Positions 1 to 10,511 of a stretch of DNA of 64,000 nucleotides are shown one piece after another (position 1 is the first letter of the stretch; the number at the start of each line of letters is the position of its first letter). The stretch is from the IMG/VR virus record IMGVR_UViG_3300043449_001907, positions 1,694 through 65,693 of that record; one strand, 5' to 3'. The DNA comes from a virus. Lineage: Duplodnaviria > Caudoviricetes. A program made the position numbers and the translations under genes. The notes beneath the pieces were generated by a model, which had not been told where the DNA came from, did not search any database, and saw only the letters and a program-made list of their open reading frames with translations.

Positions 1-7
1 TTCGTTA

Positions 8-460
8 ATGAATTCTTATTATAATATCATTAATAAATTTAATGATTCTAATATTCAAAAAGCTGTTCTAGAAGACTGTTTTAGTTTATTTTTATCTCAT
101 TGTGAGAAGCCCTTTGATTTTTTTGGGAAGCCATTGATTCAGTTTTCTCTTTATCAGTTAAAATTACTTGCTTATGGAAGAATGTTCTTAAACATCTTTC
201 AGAACGTGGATAAGATTCCCGATTCTATTAGAAAAGACCCCGAAGCTCTTATTAGTTTTGCTGAAAGCAGTCGCAACAAAGAAAAATTAACTTCCAAAAT
301 GAAAGACAATTCTGCAACTGCTGTTTTCGGTGCTACAAAAGAAGATTTAGACTTTGTTGATCCAGAAGCCAAACAAGTTTCTCTTCAAGATTTGCTTGAG
401 AAAAATGGTGGACAATTAAATATGGAACAAATGATGGAATTTATGGGACAAAAGGTGTAA
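8..460 (+). CDS. Probable tail assembly chaperone-like protein (C-terminal part; frame is open at the window edge)
   Basis: Lies immediately upstream of the TMP, the usual chaperone position; no in-frame stop between the window start and the ATG at 8, so it is probably 5'-truncated. Confidence 0.45.
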   Translation: MNSYYNIINKFNDSNIQKAVLEDCFSLFLSHCEKPFDFFGKPLIQFSLYQLKLLAYGRMFLNIFQNVDKIPDSIRKDPEALISFAESSRNKEKLTSKMKDNSATAVFGATKEDLDFVDPEAKQVSLQDLLEKNGGQLNMEQMMEFMGQKV

Positions 461-481
461 TAAACCTTTAAGGAATAAGGT

Positions 482-3400
482 ATGGCCGCACCAATTAATA
501 TCCAAGCAAATGTACAAATTCAAAATCTGTCTCAGTTAGAAAGACAGCTTATGCAAGCCACTGAAGGCTTGAGGAAGGGTATGGCAATGGGCAATAATGC
601 CCGTTCAGTCAAAGCTCTTTCTCAACCTCTTGGTCGTTTAACAGGTCAAGCTGATGAATTCACAAAATCAATGGACGCTGCTAATGCTCGCGTTCTTGCA
701 TTCGGAGCTTCTGTTGGTGTTGTTAATGCCTTTACTAATGCTTTTAAAAGTCTAATTGCTTCGACTATTGAAGTTGAGAAAGCCATTAAAGCAATTACTG
801 TTGTTGGTGATCAATTCGCAGGAAGTACCAAAGAATTAAGTCAAGGATTATTTAATGTTGCGAAATTAACTGGACAAAGTTTTGCTGAAGTTTCTAAAGC
901 TGCTCTTGAATTTTCTCGTCAAGGTTTAAAACTTGAAGATACTCTTCAAAGAACTAAAGACGCTCTGATTCTTACTCGTTTGACTGGATTAGATTCAGCA
1001 AAAGCCGTTGATGGTTTGACTGCTGCTTTTAACGCTTTCTCTAAGGCTGGTATTTCAACTAGCCAAATTTTAAATAAATTAGCGGCTGTTGACCAAGCTT
1101 TTGCTGTTTCTTCCGCTGACCTTATTGAAGGCTTTAACCGAAGTGCTGCTGTTGCTCAAAATGCTGGCATTTCATTTGATGAACTTGCTGGTATTATCAC
1201 TTCCTTACAAACTCAAACATCTAGAGGTGGTGCAGTTATTGGTAACGCCTTAAAAACTATTTTTACAAGAATTCAAGATAAAGACACTCTTGAGAAATTA
1301 GATAGCTTGGGAATTGCTGTTACTGATGTTCAAAATAGAATCTTGCCAGCTAGAAAGATTTTAGAAAATTTAGCAAACGATGTAGAAGGTTTGGGTAAAA
1401 TTACCCAACAAGGCATTTTCGCAGATGTAGCTGGAACTTTCCAAATCAACCAATTGATTTCTTTGGTTGGAGACTTGAATAAACAAAATAGTATTGCTGC
1501 TGATGCTACTAAAAAATCTGCTGGAGCCACTAATGAAGCTTATACTGCTAATGAAAAACTTAATCAGTCGCTTGATGCTATTTTAAATAAAGTTGCTCTT
1601 TCTGGTAAACAGATTGGTTCAATTTTAGGTGATCTTGGAATTGCTGATAATCTTAAAGGTCTTCTTGATGGTTTAAATTCATTTTTGGAATACGCGAGTG
1701 AAACTTTGCAAGGAGATAGTATTGGAGCAAAATTTGCTAAAGGTATTGTAAAAGGCATTGGTTCTATTTTAACTGGCCCTGGAGTTGGTCTTTTTCTTGC
1801 CATTATTGGCAAATTAAGTTATGACCTTATTAAGTTCGGCACTCAAAGTTTAAAAACATTCTTTAATATTGGTCAAGCTGCTAAACAACAACAACAGATT
1901 CAAGAATCTATTGTTCAAACACTCCTTCGCAACCAAAATGTTCTAAGTCAAATTGTAAATACGCAAGGTGGACAAAATGCACAAGCTCAAGCTTTTTTAA
2001 ATATTCTTCGTCAAGAAGAGGAAACTTTACAAAATATTAGAACTCTTGCTGGCGGTATTGCTGCTCCAGTTATTGCTCAAGGTTATAGAACTGGTGATCA
2101 AGGATTACGCCGCCGTTCTGCTGGTGGCTATTTACCAGCGCAAGAAGCGTCAGATGTTCGCCGTGGCGTTGGTGGTGCATCTCCAAGCTCAAAGGTTGTA
2201 GCTATTCCTAATTTCGCATTTGGCGGCGGCAAGCGCGGCACAATGATTGCTAACACTAGCGAATATATCGTTCCCAATTACGCTGGCGGTGGTTCTGCTA
2301 TCTTTAATCAAGACATGGCAAAGACCATGGGATTACCGCCAGGGGCGAAAAAGATTTCTGCTGCTGGTGGATTTATTCCTAATTTTTCTGACAACACTAA
2401 TGCTCAAGACCCTAAAAATGTTAGTGGCAAATATGCTCTACTTGTTAATGACCTTGAGAATCCGAGATTAGGTGAGACAGTTTCTTATAAGCCGAAAGAT
2501 GGAGACAGAGTTTATTATAAAGCAAATATTTATGGCGTTCAAGGAACTAAAAATTTAACAAGCGCAGAACAACTAAACAGATTTCGCTCTGAATTTAGTA
2601 CGGAAGCTTTGACAGCAAAGTATGAAAAATTAGCTTTAGAAGATATAGGAAAATATTCTAATGCAGTTGTAGGCGAACCTATATCTCCAGTAGCGGCGAC
2701 TAAATTAGCTAATAAAGGCTCTGTGCCAAGCTTAGTTGGTTCTATTTTTGAATCAGCGATTATTTCTGCTCTTTCGGACGCTGATTTAATAAATGCTCAA
2801 GCTGAACGCAATCCTAATGCTCCTTTTGATTTTGCATTAGCTGGCAAGAGTAAGCAATTTAATAAATTTTTTGGCATTCCTCAAGGTATTGATTATATTG
2901 AAGCTAAATACAGCGCTAATAGTTCTACAATAGAAAGTTTTGCATCTAAAATTGACAGAATAGAATCTGGAAAATATGTTGAAAAAGAAATAAAACAAAA
3001 AGGCGCAGCGAAAAGACCTTTTTTAATAAGAGATAAAAAAAGCGTTTTAAATGCTTTAGGAAAAACTAGAGGGCCAAGCGAGCGTTTTAATTTTCAAATT
3101 GATAAAGATGCTAAAATTTCACCAGAGGATATTCAAGCCTTAATAAAAGCTGGGGGTATTCAGACAAATGCTTCTAGTGGTTATATTCCAAACTTTGCTA
3201 GTACCGCTCTCCAAGCTGCAATCTCTCGCGAGAGAAGTGCAGGAGTTCCAGCTTCACAAATTTATATTGATAAGAGTCCTGCGCTTCAGTCTTCCGCTAA
3301 CCCAATGGGGTTAATGGTGGCTAATCGCAGAGATGAGCCTGCTGGCGGTTTCCAAGGCATTTCTCGCGCACGCAAGGAAGGTAGAAATCCAAAGACTTAT

Positions 3401-6400
3401 GGTGCGGCTAATGGATTTGTGCCAAATTTCTTTAGCTATTCTCCATTGTCTCCTCGCTACGCTCCCGCTCCCGCTCCCGCTCCTGCTCCTGCTCCCGCTG
3501 CCTCTACCGCTAGCGGAGGTAGTGGTGATGATAGTCCAAAATCATCTGGAGATGCTCTTGCTAAAGTTTTTGCTTTGCAAAGCGCTCTTGTTGGTTTAAC
3601 TGCTGTATTTGAAGAAACTGCTGGCGAAGGCAGTTCATTAACAGAAGGTTTTAAAAAGGTTGGTGGAGTTGTTACTGGTATTCTTAGTGGAGCGACTCTT
3701 CTAAGTGCTGGATTGGGGGGGATAGGAATTGCTCTAGCTGCATTAACTTCTGGTTTTAATGTTGTTAAAGCTCTTTGGCCCAATGCTATTCAGTTAATGT
3801 TAGAATCTTTTGGTGGATTATCTAAAGCAGGCCAAGAAGCTAGCGAAAATTTAAATAAATTTGGAGAAAAAATTGCGTCTGGAGGTGTTTCTCCAGAACA
3901 AGCTCTTGCGGATGCTAAAAAACAAGCTGAAGAAGCTAGGATTAGAATTCAAGCTGCTCGACAAGGAGTATCTACAGAAACTAGCGAAGGAGGTCAAAAA
4001 GACCAAGCTAAACTTGCAAGAGAATTAATTCTTAAACAAGCTCGCGAAAACTTATCTTCGCAAATATATCAAGCAGGAATATTAAAACAAACAGGTACGA
4101 GTACAGAACAGCGATATATACCATCACAGGCTGGTGGATCATATTCCTATTTCAGTACTCCTATTTTTGATATTGCGGAAGCTCAATTTAAAGACTTAAA
4201 CGAAAGTACTCAAAATGTTATTTTTGATATTCTTGAAGAATCTGTATCAACAACTAAAGAAGGTCTTATATCCTTAGCTAAAACAAGAGGATTTAAAGAT
4301 ATTGATCCTAAAAAAATTATTACAGAAAAAGATTTAAATGATTTAAGAACAAAATTATTAATTGATATTGTCGGAGGAAAAAAAGCATCTTCTGTTATCC
4401 AAAAAGCTATTCAAGACGCTACAGATTTAAAAACTGGAAAACTAGATCAAACTAAACTACAAGACCTACTTAGGAAAAGCGAAGATTTTGCAAAAATTCC
4501 AATTGAAAATTTACAAGCTGCTATTAAAGGTATTCCAGCAGTTGAAGATTTATCTCCAGAAAATCAAGTTCGTATTAAACTTGATGACTTTTTGCGTACT
4601 TATAATGATTTTAGTTCTGAAATAGATCGTAGTATAACTGCTACAACTTCATTATTTGAAGGAATCATTGGAAGCCAAGCTTTTTCAGCTTTGAGTGAAC
4701 AGAGACAATCTGAATTAAAAACTCAATTAGATCGTTTTAAATTTACTACATCGTCACAAAAATCTGAAAGAGCATTAGTTTCAGAAGCTCAAAGTTTAGC
4801 AGCTTCTAAAGCAAAAGATTTAGCCGCGACACAGGGAAATCCAGCTTTATTAGCTAAATTGCAAAATCTTGCCACTTCTACTTCCAGTGTAGCAGATATA
4901 CAAAATAACTTTACTGAATTAGCTACAAGCACTTCTTTGGTTGGAAAAGATTTAGAAGATTTTAAAAAAGAACTATCTGGTTTAATTAATAGAACTAAAG
5001 ATTTCCAATCTAGTCGCGATACAGAAAGTAAATTACTAGAATTATCTATCTTAGAGAGAGAAAATGAATTAAATTCTATCAAGTCATTTTATCAAGGTCT
5101 TGACTCTTTCAATAAAGGAATTAGAGAAAAAGAAGCTAAAATTCGTCAAATTGATTTTCAAATCAAAAGCAATCAGCAATTAACTGATTATAGAAAAGAA
5201 ATGGTTAGTTTGACTACTAGCGGTCTTGATGAATATAGATCAAAAACTAGAAATGTTGAAAACCAAGGATTTACTAAAGAACAAGGCTTAATAAAAGAAC
5301 AAGCTGATCTTCAAGCTAAGATAGAGCTTGAAAAAGCCTTATATACTCAAGATAATATTATTGCTTTAAATAGAAACACAGAAGCTTTAGAGACTGCTTA
5401 TAAAGAATTTACGGCAGAATCTATACAAAAGAGAATTGATGCAATATTATTAAAACCAGGCAATACAAATACAAGCGATAAGCAAGAATTAGAATCGTTG
5501 CAAAAGGCAAGAGCAAATCTTATTAATCCTATCGCTAATAATGAATCTCTTAATTCTAGTAATAAACTAACTGAAATCATTAATGCCCCAACTGAGGAAG
5601 TTAGAAAACAACTTTTAGATTCTATACCTAACGAATCTCAACGCAATAATTTAAAACAAGCGTATGAAAATTATACTATTGGTTTATCTATTAATGCTGA
5701 AAGACTTGGTAATGAAGCTGAATTAAAAAAACAAAGTCAAAAGCAAGAAGATGATCTTAATAAAGTTAGAGATTCTTATACTTCAGCTTTAGCCACAGAA
5801 GCTCGACAGATTGAACAGTCATTAAGAAGTCAACCAATGAGCATGGGTCAATATTTGACCGAAAGCAGAAAACGCGAAACTGCTTTAAAAGAAGAGAGCA
5901 TGTCTCCAGAAGCTGTCAGAGAATCTCGTTCTTCTTTCCGTCGAGGCTTTGAAGATTCTATGACTGAAATTGAAGCAAAAACTGCTGATTTTAGAAATGA
6001 AATTGGTCGCGAAATTCCACAACTCTTCTCATCTAATCTTGCTCAGGGACTAAGCGATGCAATCAGTGGTGCAAAATCACTCAAAGATGCTCTTCGCGAT
6101 GCTGCGACTAGTTTCCTTAATGCCCTTACTCAAAAGAATATCGAAAATATTGCTAACCTTTTCACTAGCTCAATTGGCGGAGCCGCAAAAGGTTTCGCTA
6201 GTGGCGGCATGATCTCTGGCGGTTCAGGAACCAAAGACGATGTTCCAGCAATGCTCATGGGTGGCGAATATGTCATCAAAAAATCAGCAGTCAAAAAATA
6301 CGGTTCAAGATTCTTAGACTCCTTAAATAATGGAGGAATCCAAGCTTTTGCTGCGGGTGGAGGAGTCCAATCTGGTGAGGGCGGATTCTATGTCCCTGGC

Positions 6401-7468
6401 GACTTTGGCACTGGTGCAATTACTGGTAAAAATCAATTACTTCAATTTGCTGGTCAAAGCTTCACAGGTGGTCAATATGATCGCATGGGAGGTTTTGGAA
6501 TGAGCGGAGCTTCAATTAGTCTTGAGCCAGAAAGCGCGAGATTAACAGCCGCTGGTCGTGAAAATAGTCCAATTTTTGAACGAGTTCAACAAGCCAAAGA
6601 AGAAGCTTTTAATGTTTACCTGAATCAATTAAAACAAGAAAGCTCTTATCAAGAACAATTAAAGCAAAGAGCAGAAGCGGAAAAAGCTAGAAAAAAACAA
6701 CTTCAAAGAGCAATCATTAGTGCTGTAGTTAGCTCTGCGGTAAGTTATGCTGGCAGCAGCATGGCTGCTGGCGCTAAGAATGCAAATGCCGCTGCCATCG
6801 CTAGTGGTGGAAAATCCAGTTTCATGACAGGATTTAAAGGAGCTTTAACTGGATACAAGGGCCAAGGAGGTCTTGGCAATATTTTTAGCTCTAATGCTTT
6901 AACTTTGAGTTCAGACGCTCAATTTTTTAAATCTATTGGAGTTAGTTCTTCAAAAGACTTGTATAGCGGAAAACTTTCTCCAGAAAATTATGGAAAATTA
7001 TTTAATCAATATCCTAACTTAGGCAAAACTTATAATTTTGATTACAATACTAGAAATTATATACCTTCTGGCAGAGCTTTTGGAGGATTAATTTCTGGCG
7101 GTTCTGGAATGCGCGACGATGTTCCAGCCATGCTTACTGGCGGTGAATTTGTTTTAAATAATCGTGCCACTCGTAAACTCGGAGTTCAGAATCTTAACCG
7201 CCTGAATGCTGGTTCAACAGAGTCTCAGCAAAGTTCTGGCGGCGTTTCTGACGCTCTTATCTCTAAGCTTGACGAACTCATCCAGACCACTCGCGAAAGC
7301 TCCAAAGACAATGTTGTTGTCAATGTCAGCGGAATGGAAACTGGCGGCGAAAAACGCTCTGATGAAAACAAATCCTCTAACGATAAAGAACTTCAAAGAA
7401 AAATTAAAGAAGCAGTACTTGCAGTCATTGCTCAAGAAAAACGACTTGGAGGATCACTAAATAAATGA
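482..7468 (+). CDS. Tail tape measure protein (2328 aa) with internal accessory domains
   Basis: N-terminal phage TMP core (VAKLTGQSFAEV..EFSRQG..SRGGAVIGNALKTIFTRI), Ala/Gly-rich hydrophobic stretches, coiled-coil region, and two C-terminal FA.GG.ISGGSG..DDVPAML.GGE.V motifs typical of TMPs. Confidence 0.93.
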   Translation: MAAPINIQANVQIQNLSQLERQLMQATEGLRKGMAMGNNARSVKALSQPLGRLTGQADEFTKSMDAANARVLAFGASVGVVNAFTNAFKSLIASTIEVEKAIKAITVVGDQFAGSTKELSQGLFNVAKLTGQSFAEVSKAALEFSRQGLKLEDTLQRTKDALILTRLTGLDSAKAVDGLTAAFNAFSKAGISTSQILNKLAAVDQAFAVSSADLIEGFNRSAAVAQNAGISFDELAGIITSLQTQTSRGGAVIGNALKTIFTRIQDKDTLEKLDSLGIAVTDVQNRILPARKILENLANDVEGLGKITQQGIFADVAGTFQINQLISLVGDLNKQNSIAADATKKSAGATNEAYTANEKLNQSLDAILNKVALSGKQIGSILGDLGIADNLKGLLDGLNSFLEYASETLQGDSIGAKFAKGIVKGIGSILTGPGVGLFLAIIGKLSYDLIKFGTQSLKTFFNIGQAAKQQQQIQESIVQTLLRNQNVLSQIVNTQGGQNAQAQAFLNILRQEEETLQNIRTLAGGIAAPVIAQGYRTGDQGLRRRSAGGYLPAQEASDVRRGVGGASPSSKVVAIPNFAFGGGKRGTMIANTSEYIVPNYAGGGSAIFNQDMAKTMGLPPGAKKISAAGGFIPNFSDNTNAQDPKNVSGKYALLVNDLENPRLGETVSYKPKDGDRVYYKANIYGVQGTKNLTSAEQLNRFRSEFSTEALTAKYEKLALEDIGKYSNAVVGEPISPVAATKLANKGSVPSLVGSIFESAIISALSDADLINAQAERNPNAPFDFALAGKSKQFNKFFGIPQGIDYIEAKYSANSSTIESFASKIDRIESGKYVEKEIKQKGAAKRPFLIRDKKSVLNALGKTRGPSERFNFQIDKDAKISPEDIQALIKAGGIQTNASSGYIPNFASTALQAAISRERSAGVPASQIYIDKSPALQSSANPMGLMVANRRDEPAGGFQGISRARKEGRNPKTYGAANGFVPNFFSYSPLSPRYAPAPAPAPAPAPAASTASGGSGDDSPKSSGDALAKVFALQSALVGLTAVFEETAGEGSSLTEGFKKVGGVVTGILSGATLLSAGLGGIGIALAALTSGFNVVKALWPNAIQLMLESFGGLSKAGQEASENLNKFGEKIASGGVSPEQALADAKKQAEEARIRIQAARQGVSTETSEGGQKDQAKLARELILKQARENLSSQIYQAGILKQTGTSTEQRYIPSQAGGSYSYFSTPIFDIAEAQFKDLNESTQNVIFDILEESVSTTKEGLISLAKTRGFKDIDPKKIITEKDLNDLRTKLLIDIVGGKKASSVIQKAIQDATDLKTGKLDQTKLQDLLRKSEDFAKIPIENLQAAIKGIPAVEDLSPENQVRIKLDDFLRTYNDFSSEIDRSITATTSLFEGIIGSQAFSALSEQRQSELKTQLDRFKFTTSSQKSERALVSEAQSLAASKAKDLAATQGNPALLAKLQNLATSTSSVADIQNNFTELATSTSLVGKDLEDFKKELSGLINRTKDFQSSRDTESKLLELSILERENELNSIKSFYQGLDSFNKGIREKEAKIRQIDFQIKSNQQLTDYRKEMVSLTTSGLDEYRSKTRNVENQGFTKEQGLIKEQADLQAKIELEKALYTQDNIIALNRNTEALETAYKEFTAESIQKRIDAILLKPGNTNTSDKQELESLQKARANLINPIANNESLNSSNKLTEIINAPTEEVRKQLLDSIPNESQRNNLKQAYENYTIGLSINAERLGNEAELKKQSQKQEDDLNKVRDSYTSALATEARQIEQSLRSQPMSMGQYLTESRKRETALKEESMSPEAVRESRSSFRRGFEDSMTEIEAKTADFRNEIGREIPQLFSSNLAQGLSDAISGAKSLKDALRDAATSFLNALTQKNIENIANLFTSSIGGAAKGFASGGMISGGSGTKDDVPAMLMGGEYVIKKSAVKKYGSRFLDSLNNGGIQAFAAGGGVQSGEGGFYVPGDFGTGAITGKNQLLQFAGQSFTGGQYDRMGGFGMSGASISLEPESARLTAAGRENSPIFERVQQAKEEAFNVYLNQLKQESSYQEQLKQRAEAEKARKKQLQRAIISAVVSSAVSYAGSSMAAGAKNANAAAIASGGKSSFMTGFKGALTGYKGQGGLGNIFSSNALTLSSDAQFFKSIGVSSSKDLYSGKLSPENYGKLFNQYPNLGKTYNFDYNTRNYIPSGRAFGGLISGGSGMRDDVPAMLTGGEFVLNNRATRKLGVQNLNRLNAGSTESQQSSGGVSDALISKLDELIQTTRESSKDNVVVNVSGMETGGEKRSDENKSSNDKELQRKIKEAVLAVIAQEKRLGGSLNK
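3461..3500 (+). repeat. (Ala-Pro)n linker, GCTCC(C/T) tandem repeat inside the TMP
   Basis: gctcccgctcccgctcctgctcctgctcccgct encodes APAPAPAPAPA. Confidence 0.9.
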
Positions 7469-8268
7469 GTATAGACAGATCAAACTCAGTCCTTCAATAT
7501 GATCAGAGCTTTATTGCTAATGGTTATCAACTTTCTGGAGTAAACTCTGTATCGGTTTCTTACAGTGTTCCTCTTGAAAATGCATTGACTCTCGGCTCTG
7601 TTTTTGGTTATAATTTGAATAATCCGTTTCAGGCAGAAATCACTATTAATAGAACCTGCTTATATCAAGACCCTTTGCTTTCCCTCACTGGAGACTCGCC
7701 CATATCTGGTAGTTTCAAATACAACGGCCTTTCCTATGGCTTTACAAGCGGATACTTATCAAGATACTCAATCAATTGCGGCGTTGGAGAACTACCCTCT
7801 GTGGCTTGCAGCATCACTGTCTATGGAGAGCTAAAACCAAACTTGGAAGTTCTTCCTTCTCAAACTCATGGGGCTATTTTTATTCCTAGCCCAAGATCAA
7901 TCTCTGTTTCAGGAGACAATACTTCTACAAATAGAGTCAAGGGATTCTCTTATGAGCTTCAAATTAATCGTCAGGCTAACTTTTCAATTGATAGTTATCA
8001 GTCTGTTGATGAGGTAGTATTTTTGCCACCAATTAATGTTTCAGCCTCTCTCGACTTTGATGCTGTGAACTTTACACCAGAAAATTACGAATATTTTATC
8101 TCCTCAAGAGAAAAGAAGACATTTAATATTACTATTAATGATAGAGCTTCTAACAATAATATTTTTAATTTAAATATTCCGAATATTGAGTTAGTGTCTC
8201 AGTCTTTAGATAGTAATGCGGATAATAAACTATCCATTACAAACAATTATATAGGATACCTTGAATGA
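7465..8268 (+). CDS. Tail protein, probable tail-tube-like fold
   Basis: Directly follows the TMP with an ATGA overlap; beta-rich, with two similar halves (GVNSVSVSYS..; RVKGFSYELQINR..PPINVSASLDF). Confidence 0.55.
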   Translation: MSIDRSNSVLQYDQSFIANGYQLSGVNSVSVSYSVPLENALTLGSVFGYNLNNPFQAEITINRTCLYQDPLLSLTGDSPISGSFKYNGLSYGFTSGYLSRYSINCGVGELPSVACSITVYGELKPNLEVLPSQTHGAIFIPSPRSISVSGDNTSTNRVKGFSYELQINRQANFSIDSYQSVDEVVFLPPINVSASLDFDAVNFTPENYEYFISSREKKTFNITINDRASNNNIFNLNIPNIELVSQSLDSNADNKLSITNNYIGYLE

Positions 8269-10511
8269 GTTTATTTTATAACAGAGATAGAAACATAACA
8301 GGCGTTGAGCAAATCACCTCAATGTTTACGATTAATCCTAACTATGGATCAACAGTTTCTTTTGTTTGTAAAAATAATAGGGTAGATTATAATAGTAATA
8401 CTTTCTCAATCATGCCTTCGACGCTTAATAACGTCACGGCAAATTGCTCTTTTAACTTTACAACAAATGAGGCTCAGGCTAAAAAAATAGTTAACTTCTT
8501 TGAGAGTCAAAGCGGCACTGGATATTTTGGCATTGCAGATTCTTCATTAATTTATCAGACACTATATGGTTTTGCAAATGGTTTTGATATTTCAATGGAT
8601 CACAATAACTTGTACAATATCTCATTGAATTTTAGCGTCGAAAGAAACGCCAGCGTGCTTGATTGGAGCGGCATGAGTTTTGTGAACTACTTATTTGAAG
8701 AGTGGCAAACTGATAAAGCTTATAGTAAATATCAACCAGTCTATTTTGAAACACAAAAAGACAACTTGATTAAAAACTTCTTTTATGCGAAAGAAAGTCA
8801 TACCAGTTCTTTAGATAAAGCTCCAACTAATGAAAATTATTGGACTCAAGAATTTTTCTTTGAAGATGATCTTGGTTTAAAAGTTGATACTGAACCAACT
8901 ATTGACTTCTTAAATTTTAAGAATTCTTTTCCTCAAAGAATCAAAAGTCAAGACAATATTCATACTTTTAGAAAATTAGAATTAGGTTTTAAAAATTTGA
9001 GCGATTTTAAGCTCAAGTCAATGCTTCATTTCTTAGAGAGTCATCTTGGCTATCTTAAGTTTCAATTTAATTTGCCAAAAATTTACGACCGTCCAAAAAT
9101 CTTTTATGCTGAATCTTGGACTCATACTTGGAACTATAAAGATTCTCATAATTTAACCGTTACATTGGCAGAAGACCCGCTTGGAATCTTAAATCAGGTT
9201 GATTCTCCAGACGTATCTTTATTTCAAAATTCTGACCAATCTTTTATTAGTTTAAATGCTTCGGCAGAAGATGGTATTTTTCTTGTTGATTTTACTGGCA
9301 AAAAACAAGCAGTTCAAAACGGCCTTTTCTCAGGAAATTGGGGAACTTCACCAATACGAACAACAAAGCTTTATCAGCAACTAAATTCTATTTCCTGCAC
9401 TGGACAGAATTTAAAAAAACTTTCATTTGGTTCTAGAGTTGAACTAAAAACTGGCGTTTTTTCTCAGAACAATATAAATGAAGTTAATTTCAACAGCGCG
9501 AAAAACATTGAATATTTAAACTTAAGTGGCAACTCAATTGAGAACTTCTCATGTTTAAATGTTACTGGTCTTCAATATATAAACTTAAATAGTAACACTG
9601 TTTTAACTGGCGCAAATTTCTCTGGATGCAATAACTTAACTGGAGTATTTATTCAAAAGACTGGAAATGTTATCTCTCAATCTTCTCTTGGTACTATTCT
9701 AAATGGTGTTGGTGATGGCGATGGTATTTCTGGCACGATTCGATGCTCAGGAATTGTTTCTGGCAGTTCTTCATTATTGTCTAAAGTATCAAACTTAGAT
9801 TATAGAAAATGGACTCAAGAATACAGTGGATTGAGTTTACCAATGAATCCAAGTTCTTATTCAAATGGAGCTAATGTTTTTTGGTATGAAAATAGTCAAG
9901 CTCTTGAAACTGGTGAATCTTATTTCTTAAAATGGTATTCTTCAAAACAAGAGAATACACTTGTTCAAACTTATACTCCCAACTCTCCAGATTGGTTCGC
10001 TCCAGTTCAATTTCAAATTGGTCAAAGAACAGCTTTTAATTTTAAAAATACATATCTAACAGGAACAGGAATAAATAATTCAGCCGACTTTTTAGCAGTG
10101 TTTTCTGTATTGAGTTTATCTAGTAGCGATTATCAATGTATTGCTAATTTTTCAGATACTAAAAAATATGGACTCTTTGCTAGTGGCGCATGTTTATATT
10201 TCATTAATGGAACAGAGCTTAGTCAAATTTCAAGCACTTTGGATTTAAATTCTTACTATTCTGTTGGTTTCGTTAGAAACTCCACTCACTTTACTGGTTT
10301 CATTAATGGGTCTGGCTCAAATACTGGAAATCTTTCAGCGAGTAGTTTATTTTCAATTAAACCTTCTGTGGGGGCTTCTTATTTACAGAATGACTTTTTC
10401 AATGGCAAGATTGCAGAACTTTTAGTTTATAGTAAAAACTCAGAACCTTATCTCACAAACACTGGAGAACTTAATTTTCTTTTCAATTCAAAATTCGGAA
10501 TCGTTGTATGA
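8265..10511 (+). CDS. Minor tail protein: gpM-like domain(s), CBM5/12-like insert, LRR-like segment and C-terminal LamG/ConA-like domain
   Basis: KFQFNLPKIY..KIFYAESWTHTWNYKDSHNLTVTLAED resembles lambda gpM; LxxLNLSGNxI repeats; C-terminal FNGKIAELLVYS is LamG-like. Confidence 0.6.
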   Translation: MSLFYNRDRNITGVEQITSMFTINPNYGSTVSFVCKNNRVDYNSNTFSIMPSTLNNVTANCSFNFTTNEAQAKKIVNFFESQSGTGYFGIADSSLIYQTLYGFANGFDISMDHNNLYNISLNFSVERNASVLDWSGMSFVNYLFEEWQTDKAYSKYQPVYFETQKDNLIKNFFYAKESHTSSLDKAPTNENYWTQEFFFEDDLGLKVDTEPTIDFLNFKNSFPQRIKSQDNIHTFRKLELGFKNLSDFKLKSMLHFLESHLGYLKFQFNLPKIYDRPKIFYAESWTHTWNYKDSHNLTVTLAEDPLGILNQVDSPDVSLFQNSDQSFISLNASAEDGIFLVDFTGKKQAVQNGLFSGNWGTSPIRTTKLYQQLNSISCTGQNLKKLSFGSRVELKTGVFSQNNINEVNFNSAKNIEYLNLSGNSIENFSCLNVTGLQYINLNSNTVLTGANFSGCNNLTGVFIQKTGNVISQSSLGTILNGVGDGDGISGTIRCSGIVSGSSSLLSKVSNLDYRKWTQEYSGLSLPMNPSSYSNGANVFWYENSQALETGESYFLKWYSSKQENTLVQTYTPNSPDWFAPVQFQIGQRTAFNFKNTYLTGTGINNSADFLAVFSVLSLSSSDYQCIANFSDTKKYGLFASGACLYFINGTELSQISSTLDLNSYYSVGFVRNSTHFTGFINGSGSNTGNLSASSLFSIKPSVGASYLQNDFFNGKIAELLVYSKNSEPYLTNTGELNFLFNSKFGIVV

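Noticed and set aside
1330-7460. Short ORFs overlapping the TMP on either strand (e.g. 1564-1812, 3457-3783, 7206-7460)
   Set aside because: Shadow ORFs of a long, well-supported CDS, with no recognisable motifs.
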